The notes beneath the pieces are model-generated. The model was not told the DNA's origin. It did no database searches and saw nothing but the letters and a program-made list of their open reading frames with translations. This document shows positions 1-11,320 of a stretch of DNA of 64,000 bases, in pieces. Source of the DNA: the human T2T-CHM13v2.0 reference genome, Homo sapiens. The translations under genes and the position numbers were made by a program. The DNA is taken from the NCBI RefSeq assembly GCF_009914755.1, contig NC_060929.1; one strand, given 5' to 3'. The stretch's first letter is position 1; the number at the start of each line of letters is the position of its first letter.

Positions 1-2659
1 AGTATGCATAACCTTCTGTATAGTGCTATTTTTTAGGCTATCAAATTGCTGTGCCTCAGTTGTCTCAACTGTAAAATGGGAATAATAATAGCAGTATTAT
101 TGTGTGTCTAACACAGAGGGTTATAGTATTGACTAAATGAGACAATGGATCCAGAACATTTAGAAGAGGGCCTGGTAAGTACTCAAGCAACCAACAAATA
201 CTGGTCATTATTATTCGTGGGGAGAAAAATAAAATCCATTAGCAGGTGCTGTGGGCTACTCAGTTTCCATCTTACCCTAGACTGAAAGCCAAGGCAGGTC
301 ATAGACCATGAGACCCTGCTGGACTTGCTTTCTGTACCTGCTTATGGGAAGCTGAGGACACGGCCCTGGTATCTAGAATAGGCTTCCCACATATATCCAT
401 CATGTTGGGCCTTCATTTTTCAGTTTCAGTGTGGCCTTTCCTGCCCAGGAACTTAAAAAAAAAAAAAAACAAGCCTGGAAGAAATAAAGCAATGAGCCTC
501 TGAAGGAATGTGCACTGTCTTTCTTATTTCCAGGTTGTTGATTTTTATCAGAATTAGGGCTTAGAGGAAAACTATAAATTACAGGTAGGTATGTTGGTAT
601 ATGGAATGGTAGGAGAAGTCATTTTGTCATTTTGCAGCAGTCTTGGAAAATATGAAAGATGCCAATTTGCCAGTTGGAAGCCTTAGTAGTATTTCTTATG
701 TTTAAATGAATTTGAAATCTACATGGCAAATCTTCCTTGTATTTTTAACAAGGGAGGGTAATTGATTCATTTGTGAATTATCCTGATTAGAATCCTAACA
801 AGCAAATTGCTGTTTAGCTAATAGGTTGTACTTACAGAGATTTAGCTGAAGAGTGGCTCATTCATTCAGAAAATTGGGTTTGGATTTCACACATCAATGT
901 TTGAATTTACTAAGTCTCCAATTTTACCACAGGAGCATCCAATTTGTGCTTGCCGTATATCTAACATTAATGGTCAATATGTAAATCCCGGACTTAGATG
1001 AACATTTAGCACTGGAAATTAAAGGGAGAAAGAAAGGATAATGTGTGATCTTGTTAGCCCTCATTTCCTGCTGCAGAACATTAGTCGTAACAGGGATAAA
1101 GTGCTCACATTTATAGCTTTGTAACTATAGGTTCAGGTTCAATGAGAAGCAAATCTTACCAGAATGTTGGGGCAGATCCCAGTGAGCACCTGGATCTGGC
1201 AAGATCTGTGGGAATGGATGACGGCAGAGGGAACTGCAGGACATTGGGGACTCTTTTCCTGCAAAGCAGTCTAGAACCAAGATTGGAACCCAGATGAGCC
1301 AGCAGCCACCCTCCATGTTGAATTAGTATCAGATTGTGTTTTGAAATCAAGATACTGCTTCTGGGAAGATGGCAACCTTTCCAAATCCTGGGAAGGTTCA
1401 TATATCAGAGGTATGGCCCCTATCCCATAATTTCCTTTCCATCATAATGACTGGAGAGGATTAATGGGGCTCTGCAACAATTTTTCCAGCTCCAGCAGGT
1501 ACCAATTGTGGGCAGTTGCCATGCCGACTGCTCTAATATTGGGGAAAACATTTAGTCCCATTGTAAAGATTGGAAAGAAAAGGAAAAGAGATGGGCGATT
1601 ATGTTGTTCCATAGAGATGCAAGAGAATACATAGAAAGTTTGCGTAAATCCTTGGTTTGAAAGACCAAGAATGGTGAGAAGCCATCCTTGGTTGTCAGAA
1701 AGAATCCTGTCTCATCCAGCAAGGTGATTTTTAGCCTCATATATTTAAAAGTTGGGGTTTTTTTCTGCCTCATAATCAAACCATGTTTCAAAACAAGAGC
1801 CTGTTCCCAGTATTCCTACAGAAGTTAAACCAGTCCTTTTACATGAAGCAAAATGGTATAGAAATAACCAGCACCAGGGCTCATCCAATCCATACCAAAG
1901 GGCACCTTCTTTATGAGGAATTTTGTTTTCTGGATCGTCAGTGAGTCTGGGTCTTTTTCAGCCTCATCAGAGAGTGTGGCAAGTGAGTTCCACAAGGGCC
2001 GTAGTTGGACAATTTGACACTTGTTCCCACCTCTTGGTAACCCAGGAGAGCAGGGGCCAGAAACTCAGACAAATCCTGGAGCAGTTCCAGGCACTTGGAC
2101 TACATGGTGGTTTCAGGGCCCCCGCTTTTCCCTGTGGGGTTGGGGGCAGGAGCAAGAGAGCCTGACCCAGACCAAGGGGTGCACTGAGCTCCCACTGAGC
2201 ATCTGAGATGCTCTTGGGATGCCACAGGCTTCCTGTAGCAGTGGCCACTGCAGAAACTCAAACCTGTCTGTCCCACCTGCAAGACCCACCAGGACAGGAG
2301 AAGCCAGAGGTTCTTCTTACTCCCAGCTGTGACTTCAGGTGCCAAGAAAAAAACATAAGGTTTGACCTTGGGGGTCCCCTTGCCTTCCATTTGGTGGTTT
2401 CAGTTTCAGGCATCTTCTCCACCCCATGCACTACCCCAATACCTAGGCCCCCTTTTTTCTCAACAAGGCCTTCCCCATCAAAAATTACTTCCATACTTAG
2501 AGATTTCTTTCCTTTTTTCTTTACTTGCATCCAGTGGACCCATCCTGTGTCCCAGTTCCTCAGAGCTTGTGTATCTAAGTAAGTTACTAAAATGTTCTAG
2601 AAGAATTTCACAAAGCTCATGTAAAAAACTAAGTTCTGAGGAATATGAATCGCTGCTTT

Positions 2660-2661
<2 letters not shown>

Positions 2662-2691
<30 letters not shown>
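2662..2691 (+). repeat. (AC)15 microsatellite
   Basis: Direct reading. Confidence 0.95.
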
Positions 2692-2694
<3 letters not shown>

Positions 2695-2961
2695 TTCACG
2701 TACACGAAATGGGAGGAGGCTTCTATGGTGAAATACATTTGGATAATCCTGAGTAAACAGACAATTCTCTCTCTTCTGCAGAATTTCTCAGAGCCTTTGC
2801 TATGCTCTGAGCGTCTAAGAGGTGAGTACAGGACACAGATGTTTTCTCTGGGTTCTCCCAGTCTATAGTGGACAAGTCACCTGGGAAACTAAGCTTTGGC
2901 CCTTGCTTCCCTTCCCTGTGTTTCTAGAACAGCTTCAATTCAGACTGTGCAGGATTCCACA

Positions 2962-2979
2962 GGCCACTAGATGGCGGTG
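2962..2979 (+). promoter_or_regulatory. CTCF-binding motif
   Basis: ggCCACTAGATGGCGGtg matches the core CCASYAGRKGGCRS. An upstream TGCAG..TTCC resembles the U motif. Confidence 0.65.
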
Positions 2980-3315
2980 TTTCTCTGTAGCAGGTGGCCC
3001 CGCATAAGACAGAGCCAATAGCTGTTGAGACAAAGCTAGGCCTAGCGCCTGTACTCATCAGGGGCGCACAGTCCTCAAGTAACCAGTGCTGCCTGATTAA
3101 TACTGACCTACCACACATGCAACATTTAGGGCATTTATGTTGTGTTTACTTGAGTCACATCATGTTCCAGGGTCTGATTTGGGTGATTTTGTTTGTTTGT
3201 TTTAGGTCCCAGTGTATATATATAAAAAAAGCTTCTGTAAATATAAGAAAACTCTGTATATAAAACCACAAATTAATAAAACACATAAATTATGCATGCT
3301 AAAGGGAATTTCTCT

Positions 3316-3535
3316 TTAATATAATTTAATATATTAAATGTTATGTCATTTATTATATTAAAAATTAATATACTAAATTTTTATATTTAATATCAATATA
3401 TTATTTGATTTAAAATATTAAATTATATTAACATAATATGTTAATATTTAATACTAAATATGAAATTTTAATATATTAATTATTTTAATATTTTTAATTT
3501 AATATATTAAAATATGTTTAATATATTAAAAATAA
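3316..3535. repeat. Extremely AT-rich low-complexity tract with nested palindromes
   Basis: Almost only A/T; repeated TTTAATATATTAAA. Confidence 0.9.
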
Positions 3536-3821
3536 GTCATTTCAAATTAATTGGAAAAGAGAGGTTATTTAATTATTGTTACACAAGTAATTCGGTTGTT
3601 ATATAGGAAAAAAATTTCAATTGCGTTTATCTTACAGATGAATTAAAGAGTGAAACATGCAAACATACACATTAAACAAATACCCAGACTCTTTTCGCTG
3701 CAGTCCTTCAGCTAATGACCATGTTGGCTGTTCCCAGTCCCTCATTCTGGTCATTTTCTCTTTTAGTAATTGGAACTTGTAATAGCACAATTCTAAGATG
3801 GTTGCCAAGATTCCTGCACCT

Positions 3822-4412
<591 letters not shown>

Positions 4413-4837
4413 GAAAACATTTAAACCAACTACATGAGCCAAATTCAAGGGGATTTCTTTTCTGTGGATGGTATATCATTAAACACCCCCAGAATGGGAG
4501 ATCTGGGGGTGTTTAGTATAGATGTTGCTCTTTAGATAGTTGAAGGGCTGCTAGTTTAGGGAAAGGTTTTGTTTGTTTTTCCTTTGTGGCTACCGTCAGC
4601 ATACTATAATAAAGATCTCTGTACCTAGTAGAATGGTCCAGCACGGGAGCGTGCCACCTTGTGGAAGAGTGAGCTGCTCATTGTGGGAAGTGTTTGCTCC
4701 GGCAGGATGGGCATCCATCAAGGATGCTGCTGAGAGGAGCCCTGGTTGTTGGGGAAGTTAGCCTTCCATGCCCACAGGGCCCTTTGCTTTGCTAAGGTCC
4801 CGTGAACGTGGGAAAGAAACCGTGGTCCCTTCAACTC

Positions 4838-5138
4838 TTTTTTTTTTTTTTTTTTGAGATGGAGTCTAACTCTGTCACCCCAGGCTGGAGTGCAGTGGCG
4901 TGATCTTGGCTCACTGCAGCCTCCGCCTCCCAGGTTCAAACTATTCTTCTGCCTCAGCCTCATGAGTAGCTGAGATTACAGGCATGCCCTACCATGCCTG
5001 GCTAATTTTTGTATTTTTAGTAGAGACAGGGTTTCCCCATGTTGGCCAGGCTGGTCTTGAACTCCTGACCTCAGGTGATCCACCCGCCTGGACCTCCCAA
5101 AGGGCTGGGATTACAGGTGTGAACCACCACACCTGACC
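4838..5138 (-). mobile_element. Alu (AluS-like)
   Basis: Poly-T then reverse Alu. TSD aactcttt. Confidence 0.95.
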
Positions 5139-5370
5139 AACTCTTTATAGTCTATTGGGAATTCCAAGCTCCTCAAATGGAAAATTTGCTTTGCCTGGAC
5201 TGCAGGGCTTCTGGCTTGGAGGCTGCTGTCCACTGGGGTGTTTTTCTGTGTGTGTCACCATATGGCACAAGCTTTTAGATATAAATGTAAGAAAATGAAA
5301 AAAACACATTTCAACTAATCAGTGAGGCCATTGCCACAGAAAAAAGGCAATGTAGAAAAAATTAGGTATA

Positions 5371-5690
5371 CTGGAAATGGTAGAGAGAAGTGGGGAATAG
5401 GAAGAGATTTGTTAAAGGATACAAAATTACAGGGAGATAGGAGAAATAAATTCTGGTGTTCCACAGCACTATAGGATGACTATAGTTAACAATAATATAT
5501 AGTTTCAAATAACTGGCAGGAGGACATTTGACTGTTCCCAGCACAAAGAAATGATACATTTTGAGATGGGATGGATATGCTAATTACCCTGATCTGATTA
5601 CTATATATGTATCAAAACATCACTATGTACCCCATAAATATGTAAAATTATTATGTGTCAATTAAATTTTTTTCAATAAAATAAAAGCAA
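5371..5690 (+). mobile_element. 5'-truncated L1 (L1MA-type 3' end)
   Basis: L1MA 3'UTR motifs (ggatacaaaattacag, taattaccctgat, atgtaccccataaatatg). TSD aaaaaattaggtata on both sides. Confidence 0.85.
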
Positions 5691-5730
5691 AAAAATTAGG
5701 TATAGGGTTAGGTTAAAATATAATCATGTT

Positions 5731-6113
<383 letters not shown>

Positions 6114-6479
6114 TTATTTGTCCCTATATATACTCACTTAAATGAAGCATAGTTTGACTATTTTTTATTCAGTGGTGTTATTTCTCGAGGGTGCCTCTGC
6201 CTTTGTTAATCAGAAAATAACCAGGGGTCTGGAATCTTGCAATGGGGGGTGGCGTGGGAATGAGGGCGATATTTTCCACTAGGGAGAGAGAAGAGGCAGC
6301 TAGCTGGCTTATCATTCCTTTTTCACATGCAGCCTACAGCCAAGAAAAGTAATAATCATTGACAAGGTAAGTAACTCTTGAGCAAGGAGCTGTTTCTCTA
6401 GATTTAAAAGAAATGCAGATTGTCAGTTGAAGGTGAGGGAGCCTCAGAAGTGTCAGACAGCTGATTCTAAACATCTTCT

Positions 6480-7400
6480 TGGTCCACCGCCACGCCCACC
6501 TTCAATAAGCCGAGAAGAGGTGAGGAGGCGGGTGGCTGGGTGCCAATCATGCTGAGGAGAGATTTCCAGTGGTTCCCCGCGGGGCTCATATTCACATTCC
6601 CTAAGAGGACGTTCTGGACTCTCGGGCAGAGCTTTGTGAGAGAAACAAGGCTGGCTTCAAGTGATCTGCAACCAGAGTAATTGGGATTTGACAAGGACTG
6701 TGAAAGGCTGACTCTCCCTGTTCTCTTTCATGCTGGCACCGGGCAGAGTGTGGGAACTACTGCCTCAATAGTAAGTACAGTAAGTCCTGTGAGAAACTGC
6801 GAGAGCGCTCTGGGCTGGGGCAGGCCAACCGCATGCAGGGGGACCCGGGGTGAGTGGTGTGGGAGCTGGGACATGCCTACGCGTGGTGGGAAGCCTCCCC
6901 GCCGGCCAGCCAGAGGACACTTCTCTCCTGAGCTGGGGGCTGAGCCGGCAGCTGCTGGGGGCGCCCACAGACCCCCTCGGAAGCTCATGTGCAGAGCCGA
7001 TGTGTGGCAGGCACGTCCCAACCCTTGCAAGGAGTTCAGGGGAAAGATGGCTGTTGGCCACAGGCCCACCGCCACGGGCCAACAACAGCAGGGACAGGCC
7101 CTGGCGGTACCTCTCCCCCGTGGGGGTGAGCCAAACCCACCAGGGACTCCTTGGTTCCGTTTAGCTCCGGGAAGGCCTCCCCCACCGCTCAGCTTGGATC
7201 TTCTCTCCTCCTTCTCCCTTCCCAGCCATGGTGTCCTGAAACGAGGGGCCGGCTGCCCCGGCTGAGAGCTTCCTTCCACCTCCTCCATTTTTGCAGTTCC
7301 CTGCCGCTGTATCCTCCTTCTCCCTGGCCTTTCTGTCTATTCCTCTGGGTCTATTCCCTCCCCTCCTTTTCCGGCGCCGCCTTCTTTCCTTTTCTGTTTC
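6480..7400 (+). promoter_or_regulatory. GC/CpG-rich intragenic element, probable internal promoter of a short EGFLAM transcript
   Basis: Local GC and CpG enrichment. KLF/SP boxes CCACGCCC (~6490) and GAGGCGGG (~6525), CCAAT at 6543, all just upstream of the 6770 donor. Confidence 0.55.
6747..6770 (+). CDS. EGFLAM: EGFLAM 24-nt alternative microexon; encodes (E)CGNYCLN(T) between the last EGF-like domain and LG3
   Basis: cag|AGTGTGGGAACTACTGCCTCAATA|gtaagt, phase 1-1. The translation matches the ECGNYCLNT segment I recall from the long pikachurin isoform. Skipping gives Ala (G|CG) before IIEAIEIP. Confidence 0.88.
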
Positions 7401-8540
7401 CCGTCCTTCCTTGCCCGGTGGCTGCCTTCTCTCCCGGTTGTCTTCCTCGGCACTTTCTTTCCTCCTCTTCTTGCTGCAGCGTCCCTTCTTTCTCATTCAT
7501 GCCACCCGTTTTCCTACTCGGCTCCTTTCCCGTCCTCTTGCCATTTTGCCCCCCAACTCTTTTTTCCTCCCTGTTTCCCTTCCTCGTCTCCTCTTCCTCC
7601 TACCTCCCTTAGTCAGAAGGGAGTGGCTGGGGGTGCAGCCCCAAACTAAGTGACAAGAGCCTTCATCTCCGGCCCTGCTAGGTCCTTGCAGCCTCAGGCC
7701 CTCTTCCAGGGCTGTGCTGCTTCAGAGAACCACAGAGCAATTTCTTGGGTAGTTACCTCCAAAATTGTCTTTTAAATTTTCTGTTTCGTCCTTTGCTTTT
7801 CTTGTTTTCTTTCCTCTCTTCCTTTCTTTTTTAGTTTTTATGAAAGGCTCTGGGAAGCTGCCAACATAGGGACTTGTACTTGGGGGCCCATTGTCATAGG
7901 CTTTGCTGTTTCCGCTCTTTTTTTATGTTTGAAGGTTAATCTGTACGAATTTTCATAGTATCAAATAATTCTACATTTCCTCTCTGGGGTGGAGAGTCCT
8001 TCGTTCAGTGTCTTCTTTGCACCAACCATGTATTTTCGTGAAGCTATAACGTGTTTTATAAACCTTCTTATTCTCCCTCATTTTGTACATTTCTTTGAAT
8101 TTGAGATTTATTCTACCTTAATTTCTTTAAACCACCATTTCTGTATCTTTCCAAAGAGGAAAGAGATATTGCTGTTATTTCTCCAGCAGAAATCCCCTAG
8201 CCTCATCCCCCGTTCATGACATCACACACAGCTACTTAAACTCTTCTTTTGCTAACTATGTGTAAAAGGGTAATTCCTCAGGAAAACAAAGTGATGAGAG
8301 TTTGGGAGGAAGAAAATGCATTTCTAAAATATTGGAAAGTTGAGAGGGGGCCAGAAGCCAGAATTAAGAAGAGCTGGTCAGTTTCAAGGCCTAGTGCTCT
8401 CTTAACTACGTGATCTCAGGCAAATCCTCCATGCTTTCTACTCCTCACTTTCTTCTTCCATAAAATGAGAATAACCAACCCTTCCCTTCCCCCATACTAC
8501 CTGCTACTTCATGAGATTGTAGTGAAGATCTTGTGAAATA

Positions 8541-8843
8541 GACCAGGCACAGTGGCTCATGCCTGTAATTCCCAGCACTTTAGGAGGCCGAGGCGGGTGG
8601 ATCACCTAAGGTCAGGAGTTCGAGACCAGCCTGGCCAATGTGGTGAAACCCCATCTCTACTAAAAATACAAAAATTAGCCAGGCTTGGTGGCAGGTGCCT
8701 GTAATCCCAGCTACTTGAGAGGCTGATGCAGGAGGATTGCTTGAACTCAGGAGGTGGAAGTTGCAGTGAGCCAAGATCGCGCCATTTCACTCCAGCATGG
8801 GCAACCAGAGCGAAACTTTGTTTCAAAAAAAAAAAAAAAAAAA
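8541..8843 (+). mobile_element. Alu (AluS-like) inserted in a MIR
   Basis: TSD aagatcttgtgaaata. MIR-like flank (tctcagggcaa...taaaatgagaataa). Confidence 0.95.
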
Positions 8844-9368
8844 GATCTTGTGAAATACACTGGAAAGTGATCAGAAATGCGGGAGTCCAAGCCTCATTCA
8901 TAGTGCTTTAGAGTCTCTCGAAGTCCTAGCTTAAAAGGTTCTGCAGCAAATTAGCTTTCAAGAATCCTAGTGGGCCTTATTTAGGGATTTGTTTTCTCTG
9001 CCTCCCTAGGAGAACATCTGGGGTTATCCCCAGCTGCTCCCCACATGGCCCAAGAGCTGCTCTTTGGCTTCCAAGAATAATTGGGAACAGTTCAAGTTTC
9101 AGCACATTGTGAGGCCTTCTCAGCAGCGCTGAGGCCAGAGGCAGGGACAATACTTCCCCAGGAGGGAAAAATGGGGGAGAAGCCAACCCCAGGCCATGGG
9201 GTTGGGCAACTGTGAACCTGGCCAAATATGCGTGCAGCCGAAGGGAAGGGGCTGATGAATTGTTAAACATCCTATTTCCAGGAGCTGGGTGTTTTCCTGC
9301 CATGTGTGTGAGTGCAGGGGTCAAGAGAACCACATACTATGTAACCTCCTTTTTCTGTTCTGTCCCAG

Positions 9369-9447
9369 CGATCATAGAAGCCATTGAGATCCCGCAGTTT
9401 ATCGGCCGCAGTTACCTGACGTATGACAACCCAGATATCTTGAAGAG
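9369..9447 (+). CDS. EGFLAM: EGFLAM coding exon (79 nt): [25 protein letters not shown](R), linker and start of LG3
   Basis: Polypyrimidine tract then cccag| acceptor, AG|gtaata donor. The peptide is recognisable as pikachurin. Confidence 0.97.
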
Positions 9448-10713
9448 GTAATAAGCTTCAACAGGCACCTTCCTCAGCTTTCTGGGGGTAAATTTCTCTA
9501 TATCTTTCTCAGGGCTTTTTCTTATATTTCATGCCAGAAGATAATTCTCAAAGAAGACCATTCAGCCATGGCCTCAGGGGAAAAACACACACAACAAGAA
9601 ATAAACATAGAAACTAGAGCAAAATAAAACAAAAAACAAACTAAACTTGAGAAATTGACCTTTCAGATAACCCTGTTACAAAAGATCCAGTATCTTTCTG
9701 GTCAAAGGGCCTGGAGAGAGAGACACGACTGGTCCCAGAGTTTCCAGTATTCAGGCTTCGAGAAACAGTGAGAATGTGATGTTCCTGAAGCCTGAGTGAT
9801 GACTATGATTCTGTGAGCAGGGCAGTTCCGTGCTGTGCCGTGGCCAGAGTGTGCAGCTCTGACCTGGGCCAGCAGCAGAAGGACAGACAGATCCAAGCCC
9901 ATTCCCTGCTGAGTCCATACCTACCCTGCGTCTTCATCAGCAAAGGTCTCTTGTCCTCTTCAGGCTCTGGCCAGTTCAGTGAGAGGCTTCTCAGCTCTCT
10001 TCATGTGGATACAGGGAAATGCCCAAGTCACAGCCATGGCATCTCACCCCTGGTGGCAGAAGTCCCAGCCCTGGCCTGGAGTCCTCGCTCTTGGTTTGGA
10101 ATAGCCTTTGACATGGCAAAATCCTCAACTCGGTCAAGCTTGTCTTTGGCACTTTCAGTTTGCCCCTTATCTCTTTCTTTCCCTTCCCCAGTTCTTTGTG
10201 GTTTCTAGTGTGCTATTCCCCTTTCTGCTCCCCACACAATCATTCTGGGATTTTCCTTCCTCTTCAGATTGACTGCATCTTAACACACAAGGGCAAATCT
10301 TTAAGCGAAAGGCATCCAGTTCTTAGGGTGGAGTTTGGTGGCTTTTCAGGGAACAAAATGTGGTTGGGAGGAATTCTCCTAGGGCATTGGATGTCCCTGG
10401 TAACGCCCAACACACACCAGGCAGACACTGCTTCACTTCTCTAATCCCAGGTTGTATTAATCTACGTTGTCTTGGCATGGGGACTTAGGTAAAATGGATT
10501 CCCAGCCAAGAGAGACCGTCCTCCTTCTTCAGCCCTTTCTCTCCAAAGATGGAAGGTCATTCAGTCCCTAGAAAGCAGTGACAGCGTGAAAGGGGCCCAA
10601 GCCTTCAGTCTCTGGGGGTTAGTGAGAGACCACTAGGTGGTTTGGGGGAGTAGAGGGGCTTGATGAGAGCAGGAGACATGAGGCCCAAAACCACAGCTAC
10701 CTCAAGGGCCATA

Positions 10714-10792
10714 GTGTGTGTGTATGTGTGTGTGCGCATGCATGTGTGTGTGTGTGTGTGTATGTATATGAAAGTATAAATGCATGTGTGTG
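10714..10792 (+). repeat. Interrupted (TG)n microsatellite
   Basis: Direct reading. Confidence 0.9.
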
Positions 10793-10819
10793 AGGCTGCA
10801 GGTAAAAGTCAAGTTCAGG

Positions 10820-11320
10820 GTCTATTTCAGTCAGATATCTTTGGTGCCAAGTAACAGAAAGTTCAGCTTAAAATGCCTTACCCATGAGGGATATTTACTA
10901 TTTCATATCACAAGGAGTCCAGACTTACACTGGATCTTGGGTTGATTAATTAAGAGAAGCAGCTGTACCCTCAAATATTCCAATCTCATCCCTATTTCTT
11001 GCTTGCTGTCCTCAGCGTCTTCTCCAGAGGCCACTCCCCAGCTGCCCATAAGCTGCACATAAGATGACTCTGACTACATCCAGTGGAAGTCCAAAAGACT
11101 TTTTTTCTCATATGACTCTTTTTAAAAGAGAAGGAATTCTTCCCAGAATTGTATCTCATTGGACAAAAGGGATATGATTGTGTCTCTTCTGTGCTGCCAC
11201 ATGCCTGCCCCTAAACCAATCACTGGCAAGAGAAATGAGAACCTCTTGATTGGCTTGTAACCAATCAATATACCCAAGGCAAATGGGAGAGGGAAGGAAC
11301 CTGAGCGAAAATCTGGGCAA
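10820..11320. mobile_element. Old MaLR LTR (MLT1J/K-like) relic
   Basis: caagtaacagaaa, tctcattggacaaa and cccctaaaccaatcactggcaag motifs. Confidence 0.5.

Noticed and set aside
6681-7653. Cluster of 100-194-aa ORFs on both strands
   Set aside because: By-products of the GC-rich and polypyrimidine sequence. Only the 24-nt microexon has splice and homology support.
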